Source: Chiloscyllium plagiosum (taxonomy: Eukaryota). From it: a DNA stretch of 64,000 bases. The stretch lies in NCBI RefSeq assembly GCF_004010195.1, contig NW_025215381.1, positions 182,662 through 246,661 of the forward strand. The letters run 5' to 3'. The notes below the pieces were generated by a model. The model had not been told where the DNA came from. It did no database searches and saw only the letters and a program-made list of their open reading frames with translations. How positions within the stretch are numbered: the first letter of the stretch is position 1; each line of letters opens with the position of its first letter. The position numbers were made by a program, and so were the translations under genes. Of this stretch, positions 11,975-25,200 are shown piece by piece.

Positions 11975-14080
11975 AGATATCTTTGCAGTATCCTTGAACA
12001 TGGGTATGATCCGGGAGAACTGGAGAATTGCCAATGTTGTACCCTTGTTTAAGAAGGGTAGCAGGCATAATCCAGGTAATTATAGACCTGTGAGCCTGAC
12101 GCCAGTAGTAGAGAAGCTGCTGGAGAAGATACTGAGAGACAGGATCTATTCCCCTTTGGAAGAAATTGGGCTTAGCAGTGACAGGCAACATAGTTTTGTC
12201 CAGGGAAGGTCATGACTTACCAACTTAAAAGAATTCTTTGATGGAGTGACAAAGTTGATTGATGATGGAAGGGCAGTAGATGTCATATACATGGAGTTTA
12301 GTAAGGCATTTGATAAGGTCCCCCTGGTAGGCTATAGTGAAAGTGAAGTCGCATGAGGTCTGGGGTGTACTAGCTAGATGGATAGAGGACTGGCTGGGCA
12401 GCAGGAGACAGAGAGTAGTAGTAGAAGGAAGCTTCTCAAAATGGAGAACTGTGCCCAGTGGTGTCCCACTGCTGTTTGTGATATACATAAATGATTTGGA
12501 GGATGGTGTAGGTTGCCTCATTAGCAAGTTTGCAGATGGCACTAAGATTGGTGGAGTAGCAGATAGTGAAGGGGACTGTCAGAAAATACAGCAAAATATA
12601 GATAAATTGGAGAGTTGAGCAGAGAAATAGCAGACGGAGTTCAATCTGAGCAAATGTGAGGTAGAAAGTGAGGTCTGCAGATGCTGGAGATCAAAGTTTA
12701 AACTTTATTGCTGGAACAGCACAGCAGGTCAGGCAGCATCCAGGGAACAGGAGAGTCGACGTTTCGGGCACAGGCCCTTCTTCAGGAATGAGCAGAGAGT
12801 GTTCAGCAGGAGAAGATAAAAGGTAGGGAGGAGGGACTTGGAGGAGGGGCGTGGGAAATGTGATAGGTGGAAAGAGGTCAAGGTGAAGGTGATAGGTCGG
12901 AGTAGGGTGGAGGCGGAGAGGGCAAGAAGAAGACTGCAGGAGTGGGAGGGGGAGTTGAAATGCTGTGCTACAGGTTGGTTGGGTTGGTTCGTCCGGGTGG
13001 CCCAGAGGTGCTCTCTGAATCGCTCCGCAAGTAGGCGGCCTGTCTCCCCAATATAGAGGAGGCCACACCGGCTGCAGCGGATGCAGTAGATGATGTGGGT
13101 GGAGGTGCAGGTGAATCTGTGGCGGATATGGAAGTTTCCTTTGGGGCCTTGGAGAGAAGTGAGGGGGGAGGTGTGGGCGCAAGTGTTGCACCTCCTGCGG
13201 TTGCAGCAGGGGAAGCCGGGAGTGGAGGTTGGGTCGGTGGGGGGTGTGGATCTGACAAGGGAGTCGCGGAGGGAGTGGTCTCTACTTCCTTTGGGGCCTT
13301 GGAGAGATGTGAGGTATGCATTTTCGAAGATCCAATTCGAGAGTGAACTATACAGTAAATGGGGAAAGTTGATGTACAGAGAGATCTGGGTGTTCAGGTC
13401 CATTGTACCCTGAAGGTGGCAACACAGGTAAGTAGAGTGGGCAAGAAGGCATACGGCATGCTCTCCTTCATCCGACGGGGTATTGAGTACAAGGGCTGGC
13501 AGGTCGTGTTACAATTGTATAAAACTTTGGTCCAGCCACTTTTGGAATACTGCGCATAGTTCTGGTCGCCACATTATCAAAAGGATGTGGATGCTTAGGA
13601 GAGGGTGCAGAGGAGGTTCACCAGGATGTTGCCTGATATGGAGGGCACTAGCTATGAGGAGAGGTTGAGTAGATTAGGATTATTTTCATTGCAAAGAAGG
13701 AGGTTGAGGGGGACCTGATTGAGATGTACAAAGTCTTGAGAGGTATAGACAGTTGGATAGCAAAAAGCGGGGGACTCAATTAACAGGGTTCAAGAGTTCG
13801 AAGAGAGGGGGGAAGAGTTTAGGGGAAATATGCATGGAAAATTCATTACGCAGAGGGTGATGGGTGCTTGGATCGCATTGCCAGCTGTGGTGGCAGGGGC
13901 GGGCACGATAGCATCATTTAAGATGTATCTAGACAGATACATGAATGGGCAGGGAGCAGTGGGAAACAAATCCTTAAAAAATAGGCGGCAGGTTTAGCTG
14001 GAGGATCTGGATCGGTGCAGGTTTGGAAGGCCGAAGGGTCAGTTGCTGTGCTGTAATTTTCTTTGTTCTTTGTTCTTTTG
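11975..14080 (+). mobile_element. 5'-truncated CR1 LINE (RT to 3' tail), interrupted by a PLE
   Basis: WRIANVVPLFKKG..PGNYRPVSLT, LISKFADGTKIGG and QLYKTLV..LEYC motifs. Confidence 0.9.
12664..13306 (-). mobile_element. Penelope-like element 3' part (GIY-YIG + pLTR with hammerhead core), internally deleted
   Basis: CNRRRCNTC..IIYCIRCSRCGLLYIGETGRLLAERFREH. TSD ATGTGAGGTA at 12654-12663 and 13307-13316. Confidence 0.9.
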
Positions 14081-14487
14081 AGAGGCTGTCAGTAAGAGAG
14101 AGAAAGAAAGAGTGAGAGAAATATTGAGAGAGACAGAAAGTGAGAGACAAAAACAGAGTGCGAGAGAGAGAGAGAAAGACAGAGATAAAACAGGAACAAT
14201 CAGAGAGATACCAACAGGAGTTAAGAAAAGACAAGGCAAGATTAAAGAGATGATTCTCACCACTCTGCTTGGTCCCAGTTCTCTTGGTGATCTCTCACAC
14301 TCCTTCATTCCCATCAGGGACAGACTCTGCTCCAGGGGTTTGTTTTAGGAGGGTCTGGTTCAGGGAGGGATGGGGTTAAAGGATCAAATCTGGGATTGAA
14401 ATTCAAACACTTGCCACACTCTCACACACAGAGTCATGCAGAACCACACAGATACTCAGTCCCTGCTCAGTACACATCGGCTGGCAG

Positions 14488-14590
14488 GAGGCTGGAAGAA
14501 CATAACAAGCCAGGCAGCATCAGGAGGGGCAGGCGGTTAAAGAACTTCAAAGGAAGCCTTTCAATGTCTGCAGTCTTTCTGTCTCTAACA
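14488..14590. mobile_element. Short PLE-pLTR-like insert
   Basis: GCTGGAAGAACA..GCCAGGCAGCATC resembles the pLTR end. 20-bp direct repeat CAGTACACAT(C/T)GGCTG(G/C)CAG at 14468-14487 and 14591-14610. Confidence 0.55.
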
Positions 14591-14910
14591 CAGTACACAT
14601 TGGCTGCCAGAAACCATTTAAAATACCCCCAAGCCCGTCATTCAAAGACCCCTCCTTCTCCGCCCAAGTCCCAGGTCAACCAGTCAACATCCAACTCCCT
14701 CTACCTGGGGCACACTTCCCCCTGGGATAGAGCACAGTCAGAGTCAGCTCAGTGGGATTAGAGAGGGGAAGGATGGAGGGAGGGAGGAGGTGTGATCGCC
14801 ATTGCCTGCTGATGCTTTATTTGTATTGGAATGAACGCCACGTACATTTTCAAACTAATCGAATTGCTTTTCCTTTGGGTTTTCTGATCATCAATATAAA
14901 AATTTCAACT

Positions 14911-14982
14911 TGCGATTGTCGGGAATCAAACCCACGTTGCCTGTCTGGAAGGTAGCTATACTCACCACGATAGCACCCTCAC
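14911..14982 (-). pseudogene. tRNA-Gly(TCC)-derived pseudogene
   Basis: The minus strand reads GTGAGGGTGCTATCGTGGTGAGTATAGCTACCTTCCAGACAGGCAACGTGGGTTTGATTCCCGACAATCGCA, colinear with vertebrate tRNA-Gly-TCC. Stems have mismatches and the B box is TTG instead of TCG. Confidence 0.75.
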
Positions 14983-15572
14983 TGTACGCTATAACTCAAC
15001 ATAATCCCCAAACACATTTAAAAACACCTTCATCACAACAAATTAAACAGAGCTGATGCTGACCCACCGAAAGTGATGTTAGACTAGGTGACAGTAACTC
15101 AGAAAAAGAGGCAAATATGAAGGAGCATTTTAAGTCAGAGTGGGAGTTGGGTCATTGGAAGGTGCAGAGAGAGAGAGTCCAGGAGTCCGTCTGAAAACGG
15201 GAATGATACCAGAGATTGAATGGAAATGAAAGAAATTACTGTTGAAAATAAATTTGCAATGAAAGAACACAGAACGTTTATAGGATGTTATTTACTCTTT
15301 ATAAGAGAAGTGTTTTTCTTTACTTTTGTCCAGATGTGTGGATCAAAAAACGTGGTGAGGAAGCGTGGAGAGGACCCAGTCGATGCATGTAGCCTGTTGT
15401 GAACGAGGATCCTTTCCTCCAGGTTATTTATTTTTGTATCTGCTTCACTGTCTGACAACTGGTTACTTGGGATGATTGTAGCTTTTGTGCACCATCTTAT
15501 TCCTTTCGGTTTTGCTTTTGTTGTTCAGCTTTCAACTAACTGCTGTTCCATGCTAACAGCACTTTCCACCGG

Positions 15573-15753
15573 GAGAAAGTGAGGACTGCAGAGACGAGAG
15601 TGTGGTGCTGGAAAAGCACAGTAGGTCAGGCAGCATCTGAGGTGCAGGAGAATCAATATACTTAACATCAATTCCTGATGAAGAGCTTTTGCCCGAAACA
15701 TCGATTCTTCTGCTCCTCAGATGCTGCCTGACCTACTGTGCTTTTTCAGCACC
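15573..15753. mobile_element. Fold-back Penelope pLTR insert downstream of gene A
   Basis: Inverted pLTR arms and CTGATGAAGAGCTTTTGCCCGAAACATC. TSD ACAGCACTTTCCAC(C/T)GG at 15556-15572 and 15754-15770. Absent from the paralogous site near 59200. Confidence 0.85.
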
Positions 15754-15929
15754 ACAGCACTTTCCACTGGCTATACTCCTGCAGTCTCTTTCATTTTGTT
15801 CCTCAGATGGAGTCATTCCTTTCCCAAGAGAAAAGGAGCGTTATCATGTTGTTGCTCTTCCTTCTTTCAGTCCATTCCTCACGTGGACCCCTCATTCCAT
15901 TATTTGCTGCATCTCATGTTGACTCTGAG

Positions 15930-16816
15930 TTACTTGGATTTATTCATCAATTGCATTATTTTTATAACTGGATATTGCACTGCATACTTTAACAGGTCTC
16001 TGAAGTTTTTCTGTGTTACCACAAAAATAACTGCATTTGTGCAGCAGCTTAGGTTCCGTAGCATATATACGACTTGTATAAAGAGATGAAGAGCAGCCGT
16101 ATCCAAGAAATAAGCAGCATTAAAATAAAATAAAATATACCCCAACCAGAGAAGTATGAAGCTGGTGGTAATGGCAAACAGTAAAACCACAGATTTCTTT
16201 CTGCTCCCTATCTCTGGGTCATTCTCTATTTTTCCCTGACCCCTTAGTCCCTTGCGCATCTTCACAGCCTCAAAGATATGTCTGACAGTCAGAACATTGA
16301 TAAAGAGAATAAACGTGAATGGGAGAAATGGTGTTAAAAACATTTCAAAATATTTAAAACTTGTCCACTGCTTGGCATGATAGTACCTTTGGCTGGTCAA
16401 ACAGTACCATGGAACATTGTTGATGATCCTCTGATGTTGATATCGAAAATAGTTGGGAATATTTTTTAAAGAAAAAAAAGTACAGATTGTTGCTAGAACC
16501 CTTATTGCTGTTTTTTCTGTACAATACTTAGTTTTCCACTGATGAAAACAAATGGTGACAAATCGATCAAAGGAAAAAGCAGCAGTGAACCAGACAGAGC
16601 AATCAATGGTCAAGCAGCTCAGGACATAGGTAACACAACAAACAGGAGTGATGTCCAAGAAACACGGTGGATAGTAATAGAGTCGAAATCGAGAAAGTAC
16701 GATATCAAAAACAATGAACAATAGGTCAGATGTTGCCATGGCCATCAAATAACGAGTAGTACATGGAGAAAGACCACACTTGCCCCGAGCCAAGAATACA
16801 ATCACCACTAAGCTAA
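15930..16816 (-). CDS. GPR139/GPR142-like class A orphan GPCR, gene A, exon 2 (joined to 26534-26468; ~317 aa)
   Basis: Open 7TM ORF with TM2 MATSDLL, TM3 WFTAAFSFDRFVTIC, KYCT, TM5 LTPFLPF, TM6 RKKSVVLLFAIT and TM7 RNLSCCTNAVIF. Acceptor CTTTCTTCCCCTTACAG ends at 16817. Confidence 0.9.
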
Positions 16817-18021
16817 CTGTAAGGGGAAGAAAGAAAAAAAGAGACTTGAAGTTACTCCATGAACATTCTCCATGCTTGAGCCCAGTCTGTAAATGATGGA
16901 TTTTAGCAGAAAGACAATTGTTGTTTCATGTCATTTGAAGTTTATAAAATCTGAACTCTTGAAATGATCACTTTTAAAAGACATAGGGAAGAACATAGTC
17001 AGCAGGTTACTCCCAGAAACATGGTCATATACTCAATGTTTTATTGATGTTGACATTGGTTGATTTCTTACATTTTAAAGGTCACTCTGACTGGCAGGAA
17101 TGTCCCATAACATCACAATGTCCACAAAAAGACACCCAGAATCAGTAAAACAAACAATGGGAGACACTTAAAACAGACATAGGACATTGAACAGTTCAGC
17201 ATAGTACAGGCTCTTCTGCCCTCGATGTTGTTCCAGCCAGGAGTGCAAAGTTCCTGTATTCGGTTTTGGAGCATCCACAGGTGTAATTGCCTCTAGAATT
17301 GTAGAGCGCCACTATATGAGTTACAGTACAGGACATTACAACAATCCACAATGTCCAGGAATGGATGGTCCCATAATTTGAATGAACAAGCGATCAGGCA
17401 TTGAGTCCCTCCCTCTGAACAGTGAGTTAACAGTCAGCATATCCTAGGTTGGATCCTCACTGCAATCTGAAGAACGGACTGCCTCTCACTTGTCCTCCAC
17501 CTGACGTTGGAATTTCAATTCAACAAAATTCTAGATTTCTAATGTTGAATGATAATGATGAAATGGTGGTCAGTTATTGGGAAAAAATACCTTATTCACT
17601 AATATCCTTTCGTGAGGTGAGTCTGTCATCCTTACCTGATCTGGCCAAGACTCCAGATCTACAACAACCTGGTTGACTCTTATCCACCCTCTGGGCAATT
17701 AGCGAAGGGTGGCAAGTGTTGGCCTAGCCAGCTACACCCTCATCCCTTCAATGAATAAAAGGAAATGGAGCTCCCCATGCACAGCTACATCCCTGATACA
17801 GATGACAGCTCCCTTTTTAGATCACACCCTGGGATTGGATCTCCCCAAACTGAGTCCATTATCACAAACAAGGAATGATCCACTTAACATTAGATCTGTT
17901 TTCAAAGATAAGGAATCCTTCACTCAGCTCAGTGTAGTTACCTGGAGTAGAAAACACCATTAGCCCAGCACAGACAACTGAAGCTAAAGGATTTGTCTCC
18001 TGGCTTTAACATCAACAAAAA

Positions 18022-18325
18022 GGGCGGCATGGTGGCTCAGTGGTTAGCACTGCTGCCTCACAGCACCAGGGTCCCAGGTTTGATTCCAGCCTTGGGCGAC
18101 TGTCTGTGTGGAGTTTGCACATTCTCCCCATGTCTGTGTGGGTTTCCTCCGGTTCTCCAGTTTCTTCCCACATTCCAAAAAATGTGCATGTCAGGTGAAT
18201 TGGCCATGCTAACTTGTCCATAGTTGTTAGGTACATAGGTCAGGGGGGGTGGGTTACTCTTTGAGAGTCGGTGTGGACTTGTTAGGCCACAAGGCCTGTT
18301 TCCACACTGTAGGGAATCTAATCTA
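18022..18325 (+). mobile_element. HE1-like V-SINE
   Basis: GGGCGGCATGGTGGCTCAGTGGTTAGCACTG head, V-domain and (TCTAA)n tail. Confidence 0.9.
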
Positions 18326-18360
18326 AAAAAAAAAGATTTAGGAAACTGATTGAACTCAAC

Positions 18361-19117
18361 AGACAATAGACAATAGGTGCAGGAGTAGGCCATTCTGACC
18401 TTCGAACCAGCACAACCATTCATTATGATCATGGCTGATCATCCTCAATCAGTATCCTGTTCCTTCCTTATCCCCATATCCCTTGATTCCACTATCCTTA
18501 AGAGCTCTATGCAACTCTTTCTTGAAAGTATCCAGAGACTTGGCCTTCACAGCCTTCTGGGGCAGAGCATTCCATACACCCACCACTCTCTGGGTGAAGA
18601 AGTTTCTCCTCAACTCTGTTCTAAGTGGCCTACCCCTTTTTTTTAAACGGTGTCCTCTGGTTTGGGACTCACCCATCAGCAGAAGCATGCTCCCTGCCTC
18701 CAGAGTGTCCAATCCTTTAATAATCTTTTACGTCTCAATCAGATCCCCTCTCAGCCTTCTAAACTCAAGTGTATCCAAGCCCAGCGTAAGATAGTCCCGC
18801 CATTCCAGGAATTGACCTCGTGAACCTACGCTGCACTCCCTCAACAGCCAGAATGTCCTTCCTCAAGTGTGGAGACCAAAACTGCACACGATATTCCAGG
18901 TGCGGTCTTACCAAGGCCCTGTACAGTTGCAGAAGGACCTCTTTGCTTCTATCCTCAATTCCTCTAGTTATGAAGGCCAGCATGCTACTAGCTTTCTTCA
19001 TTGCCTGCTGTAACTGCATGCTTGCTTTCATCGACTGATGTACAAGAACACCTAGATCTCGTTGTACTCCCCTTTACGTACCTTGACTCCATTTAGGTAG
19101 TAATCTGCCTTCCTGAC
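18361..19117 (-). mobile_element. CR1 LINE 3' fragment
   Basis: LYRALVRPHLEYRVQFWSP..VQRRFTR and TRGHRLK..RRNFFTQRVV. Confidence 0.9.
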
Positions 19118-20787
19118 TCGGTAAAATAAGCAATTAAATGGATTATCCATTGGGATAGTTGATTCTCTGGATTTGGCAGAAACTTAGCACCAAGCATCCA
19201 ACCTTCCACCTTGGACATTTCTTCAGCTCTCTGCCATATGGGACATTCCCCTGGACACACACCACCCCTCAGAGTCAGATATCTTCTTGCAGATTTGGGA
19301 ACAGTGGGCCAGCACTCATTGCCCAGCTCTATTCACCTTTGACATAATATTTGGAGTTCTGCATGTTGAACATCTGCATTGCCTGGAGTGCAGGAAAACC
19401 CACCGCATGTTTTTGGGGGAGAGCTGCAGAGTTTTTAACCCATCAACAGTAATGAAATGCTGATTTATTTCCAAGTCAGAATGAAATCTGGCTTGAAAAC
19501 CATCTTGCATGTAATGGTGTTTCTATGCCTCTGCTGACCCCCTTTTTCCAGATGGTGGAGGTCACTGATTTGCAAGGTATTGCCAAAGGAGATGTGGAGT
19601 GTTCCTGTTTTGCAGTTTGTTGGTCATATTAGTTGCTTGTCATGGTGTTATTGGTGAAGGAAGTGAATCCTGAATGTGGTGATTGGCACGCCAATCAATC
19701 AGGTGTTTGTATTGAACAATGTGGAGCTTCCTGAGTGTCCCACTCAGTATTGTTGGAGCTGCATTCAACCTGAGAGCATTCTATCCCAGCCCTGAGCTGT
19801 ACTTTCTGTGTGGTGGACATGGATTGGAGAAGCAGGCAGGGATCTTATTGTCACAGTAGTCAAAGTGTCTGATACGCTCCTGTGGCCATGGCTCTTTTAT
19901 ATCTGGCTCAGGTCATTTTCTTGTCAATAGTTGCCCAAGTTATTGACAGTCCTGTGTTCAGTGATGGTATTGTTATAGTAAGTCAAAGGGAAATTGGTAG
20001 ATTCACACATTTTGAGTTGGCAATTGCCTGTTGCTTGTGGGATATGAATGTTACTTGTCAATTATGAGCCCAAGTTAGATGGTATCACACTATATATAGA
20101 CACAGACCTTTCATTATTAATGAGTCATAAATGATGCTGAATATTGTGCAATCGCAAGAAAAGCTCTTCAATTCAGAAATGACAATGAAGGGTAGGGCAT
20201 CAATGAGGCAGCTGCAAATTTTGGGCCCAAGATCCAACTCTGAAGAATTCCTACCAAGACATTCCACTGCTGAGATGATCGATCTCCAACATCCATAACC
20301 ACCTTCGCCTTAGTCAGGATGATACCAAAGAGAGTTGTAATCACGTTGATGCTGGTTTTTTTGAGAGCTCACAATTGTGAATATGTGTTCATAACTTATA
20401 CATTTAAGTGTTGAACATTTCCTTTTGGTCATTAAAATACAACTGTAAAAATAGGTGCACCCGACTGAGGAACGGATAATCAATGCTTCTGTAAATGCCA
20501 GTCAAACAATTTTGAGTTTGTCACACTTCAGAGTTAACATGTGGTTGTGTCGGACAGTGAGAGGCTGTGGAAGAGAAATCGTCAAAATGTGTGACGGAGT
20601 TTGGACACCTGGACAGAATCCGAGTGTTTGATATTATCACTAAAAGAATAGAGAAGCTCCCAATTATGGAAATGGATTTGTGGCCTCTGTTAGTGACATA
20701 AAATGCATAGATGGTGAGCAGAATCAAACAGTTTTGCCTGAGGTAAAATATCTCATTAAGATTTTCTGTATTTAATGTGCCATATTC

Positions 20788-20890
20788 TCCGAAGCTAGTG
20801 TGCTTCCAATTAAACCTGTTGGACTATAACCTGGTGTTGTGTGATTTTTAACTTTGTACACCCCAGTCCAACACCGGCATCTCTGAATCA
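20788..20890 (+). mobile_element. Second-family PLE pLTR fragment
   Basis: Same sequence as the 52064-52180 arm (GCTAGTG..CCAATTAAACCTGTTGGACTATAACC..CCAACACCGGCATCTC). Confidence 0.7.
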
Positions 20891-22261
20891 TGTATAATAT
20901 TGCAGGCACTAAAGTTGGTTATCTGATAAAAGAGACATTTTTATTCCTATTACTTCTTTTAATATATTGCCTTAAAACTGATTGATGTACCATCCTCATC
21001 AAAATGTCCTCTTCCCAAGGAGGACACACATCACAATTAAAGACCAGCGATGACTGGAAAACAGATTCAAAAATTTGTTAATCTAAATCTAGTCAAATAC
21101 TGTCATGAAATGGTGGCAGCACTTCTAGCTCCATATCCATCCCGATTAATGTTGATATCATGAATTAGAGTAACCATAACTTGTAGTTTGTCCTAACCGT
21201 GCTGGGATATTAATCAGTCCCAAAAATATCATTTAAGTAAACATTATATGTCTATGGGAAAATAAATTGAATGAACACTGCTACTGTTCCTTTCACTTTC
21301 TGCTTAAACAGTCACATCCGAATATACTCAACCAACTGTAAAAGTGTTCCCACTCACAATCCATCAACTTTTCAAATTGCATTGTCAGCTCCATCAGTGA
21401 ACTGACCAGAAATGAGAAATATAATATAAACAAAGCACTGCATGGTTTCAATCAAGATATGGTCCTAGTTACAACTGTGGTCAGATATTCCATTTCGCTC
21501 ATTTCCCCACAAAGTTAAATTCGATAGTCATAGATACTCCTCATTGCACAAGGCCTTTGAGTAAATTGTTCTTGTCCAGTTAGTAACCCACACTCAGTGT
21601 AACTCATCACTTTGAGAGATGATCCCAGTAACACTTGAATACTGGGTAAGTTGTTCCCTTTTGTTTAGGAACCCACTCTCAGTAACATTTGAATTGAGAG
21701 ATGCTCACTGAATCACATTGCCACTGGAACCGGTGTTAACGGTTCTGCAGTGAAAGATATTCTGATAATACTGACAGTTGAGGGTACTCTCCTGTTAGAG
21801 CTCCACACTTACTATAATGCTGCCTTGACAGACACCCACAGAAAAGCAGGAGCACTGGATCAGAAATTCCAATTTGAATGGTTACGTACACTCAGTACAA
21901 TTCTACAATGACACATCTTCCTGACAACATGAGGCCACAACAATCAGAGGGTCCAGCTTGAGGTTCGTGATCCCCATTCAGTACAATCTCATGATCAGTA
22001 ATACCTTCACTCAGAGTGATTCCTGGAGATCGGGATCATCAGTGCACAACATTCCAGTCAATCTCTGGATAATGCTGAGTGCCTGGGAACTACAGATAGC
22101 GTTTTTCTTCCTCAGTTCAGGAATTACACCACAAGCATAGTTTGGAAGTATTAACTCCATGCATTGATATCACACGTGAAAAACTCAAATTAACCCATTG
22201 ATGTGTCCTCACAAACACCATGCCCCCATCCATTGACTAAACAGAACACACAAGATAGTCA

Positions 22262-25200
22262 AGGCCATCCATGCTGATCCACTCTCGGTCCAACCCGTCC
22301 AAGCCGACCAGATATTCCAACCCAATCTAGTCCCACCTACCAGCACCCGGCCCATATCCCTCCAAACCCTTCCTATTCATATACCCATCCAAATGTCTCT
22401 TAAATGTTCCAATTGTAACAGCCTCCACCACATCCTCTGGCAGCTCATTCCATACACGTACCACCCTCTGCGTGAAAATGTTGCCCGTTAGGTCTCTTTT
22501 ATATCTTTCCCCTCTCACCCTAAACCTATGCCCTCTAGTTCTGGACTCCCCAAACCCAGGGAAAATACTTTGTCTATTTATCCTATCCATGCCTCTCATA
22601 ATTTTGTAAATCTCTATAAGGTCACCCCTCAGCCTCCGGCACTCCAGGGAAAACAGCCCCAGCCTGTTCAGCCTCTCGCTATAGCTCAGATCCTCCAACC
22701 CTAGCAACATCCTTGTAAATCTTTTCTGAACCCTTTCAAGTTTCACAACATCTTTCCGATAGGAAGGAGACCAGAATTGCANNNNNNNNNNNNNNNNNNN
22801 NNNNNNNNNNNNNNNNNNNNNNNNNNNNNNNNNNNNNNNNNNNNNNNNNNNNNNNNNNNNNNNNNNNNNNNNNNNNNNNNNNNNNNNNNNNNNNNNNNNN
22901 NNNNNNNNNNNNNNNNNNNNNNNNNNNNNNNNNNNNNNNNNNNNNNNNNNNNNNNNNNNNNNNNNNNNNNNNNNNNNNNNNNNNNNNNNNNNNNNNNNNN
23001 NNNNNNNNNNNNNNNNNNNNNNNNNNNNNNNNNNNNNNNNNNNNNNNNNNNNNNNNNNNNNNNNNNNNNNNNNNNNNNNNNNNNNNNNNNNNNNNNNNNN
23101 NNNNNNNNNNNNNNNNNNNGCCAGTTCTGTATCCAAATGGCTAGTTCTCCCTGTATTCCATGAGATCTAACCTTGCTAATCAGTCTCCCATGGGGAGCCT
23201 TGTCGAACGCCTTACTGAAGTCCACATAGATCACACCTACTACTCTGCCCTCATCAATCTTCTTTCTTACTTCTTCAAAAAATTCAATCAAGTTAGCCAT
23301 GCTGACTATCCCGAATCAGTCCTTGCCTTTCCTTGTACATCTTGTCCCTCAGGATTCATTCCAACAACTTGCCCACCACTGAGGTCAGGTTCACCGGTCC
23401 ATAGTTCCCTGGCTTGTCTCTACCGCCCTTCTTAAACAGTGGCACCACGTTGGTCAACTTCCAGTCTACTGGCACCTCATCTGTGACTATCAATGATACA
23501 AATATCTCAGCAAGAGGCCCAGCAATCACTTCTCTAGCTTCCCATAGAGTTATTGGGTACACCTGATCAGGTCCTGGGCATCTATCCACCTTTAACCGTT
23601 TCAAGACATCCAGCACTTCCTCCTCTGTAATCTGGACATTTTGCAAGATGTCACCATCTATTTCCCTACAGTCTATACCTTCCAAATCCTTTTCCACAGT
23701 AAATACTGATGCAAAATACTCATTTAATATCTCCCCCATTTTCTGTGGTTCACACAAAGGCCACCTTGCTGATCTTTGAGGTACCCTATTCTCTCCCTCG
23801 TTACCCTTTTGTCCTTAATATATTTGTAAAAACCCTTTGAATTCTCCTTAATTCTATTTGCCAAAGCTATCTCATGTCCCCTTTTTGCCCTCCTGATTTC
23901 CCTCTTAAGTATACTCCTACTTTCTTTGTATTCTTTTAAGGATTCCCTCGATCTATCCTGTCTATACCTGACATATGCTTCCTTCTTTTTCCTAACCAAA
24001 CCCTCAATTTCTTTAGTCATCCAGCATTCCCTGTACCTACCAGCCTTCCCTTTCACCCTGACAGGAATATACTTTCTCTGGATTCTTGTTATCTCATTTC
24101 TGAAGGCTTCCCATTTTACAGCCATCCCTTTGACTACGAACATCTGCCTCCAATCAGCTTTCGAAAGTTCTTGACTAATACCGTCAAAATTGGCCTTTCT
24201 CCAATTTAGAACTTCAACTTTTAGATCTGGTCTATCCTTTTCCATCACTATTTTAAAACGAATAGAATTATGATCACTGGCCCCAAAGTGCTCCTCCACT
24301 GACACCTCAGTCACCTGCCCTGCCTTATTTCCCAAGAGTAGGTTAAGTTTTGCATCTTCTCGAGTAGTTACATCCACATACTGAATCAGAAAATTGTCTT
24401 GTACACACTTAAGAACTTCCTCTCCATCAAAACCTTTAACACTATGGCAGTCCCAGTCGATGTTTGAAAAGTTAAAATCCCCTACCATAACTACCCTATT
24501 ATTCTTACAGATAGCTGAGATCTCCTTACAAGCTTGTTTCTCAATTTCCCTCTGACTATTGGGGGCCTATAATACAATTCCAATAAGGTGATCATCCCTT
24601 TCTTATTTCTCAGTTCCACCCAAATAACTTCCCTGGATGTATTTCCGGGAATATCCTCCCTCAGCACAGCTGTAATGCTATCCCTTATCAAAAACACCAC
24701 TCTCCCTCTCTTTCTATCCTTCCTGTAGCAGTTGTATCCTGGAATATTAAGCTGCCAGTCATATTTCCGTAATTGCTATGATATCCCAGTCTCATGTTCC
24801 TAACCATGCCCTGAGGTCATCTGCCTTCCCTGTTAGGCCCCTTGCATTGAAATAAATGCAGTTTAATTTATTAGTCCTACCTTGTCCCTGCCTGCCCTGA
24901 CTGTTTGACTGTTTGACTCACTTCTGTTCCTAGCTGTACCCGTCTCAGATCGATCTCTTTCCTCACTATCTCCCTGGGTCCCATCCCCTACCCCCACCTT
25001 ACTAGTTTAAATCCTCCCGAGCAGTTCTAGCAAATGTCCCTGCCAGCATATTAGTCCCCTTCCAATTTAAGTGCAATCCGTCCTTCTTGTACAGGTCACT
25101 TCTACCCCAAAAGAGATTCCAATGATCCAAAAATGTGAATCCTTCTCCCATACACCAGCTCCTCAGCCATGCATTCATCTGCTCTATCCTCCCATTCCTG

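Noticed and set aside
21720..21755. Small hairpin CACTG-GAACCG..CGGTTC-TG-CAGTG
   Set aside because: Short, imperfect and single-copy, with no supporting context.
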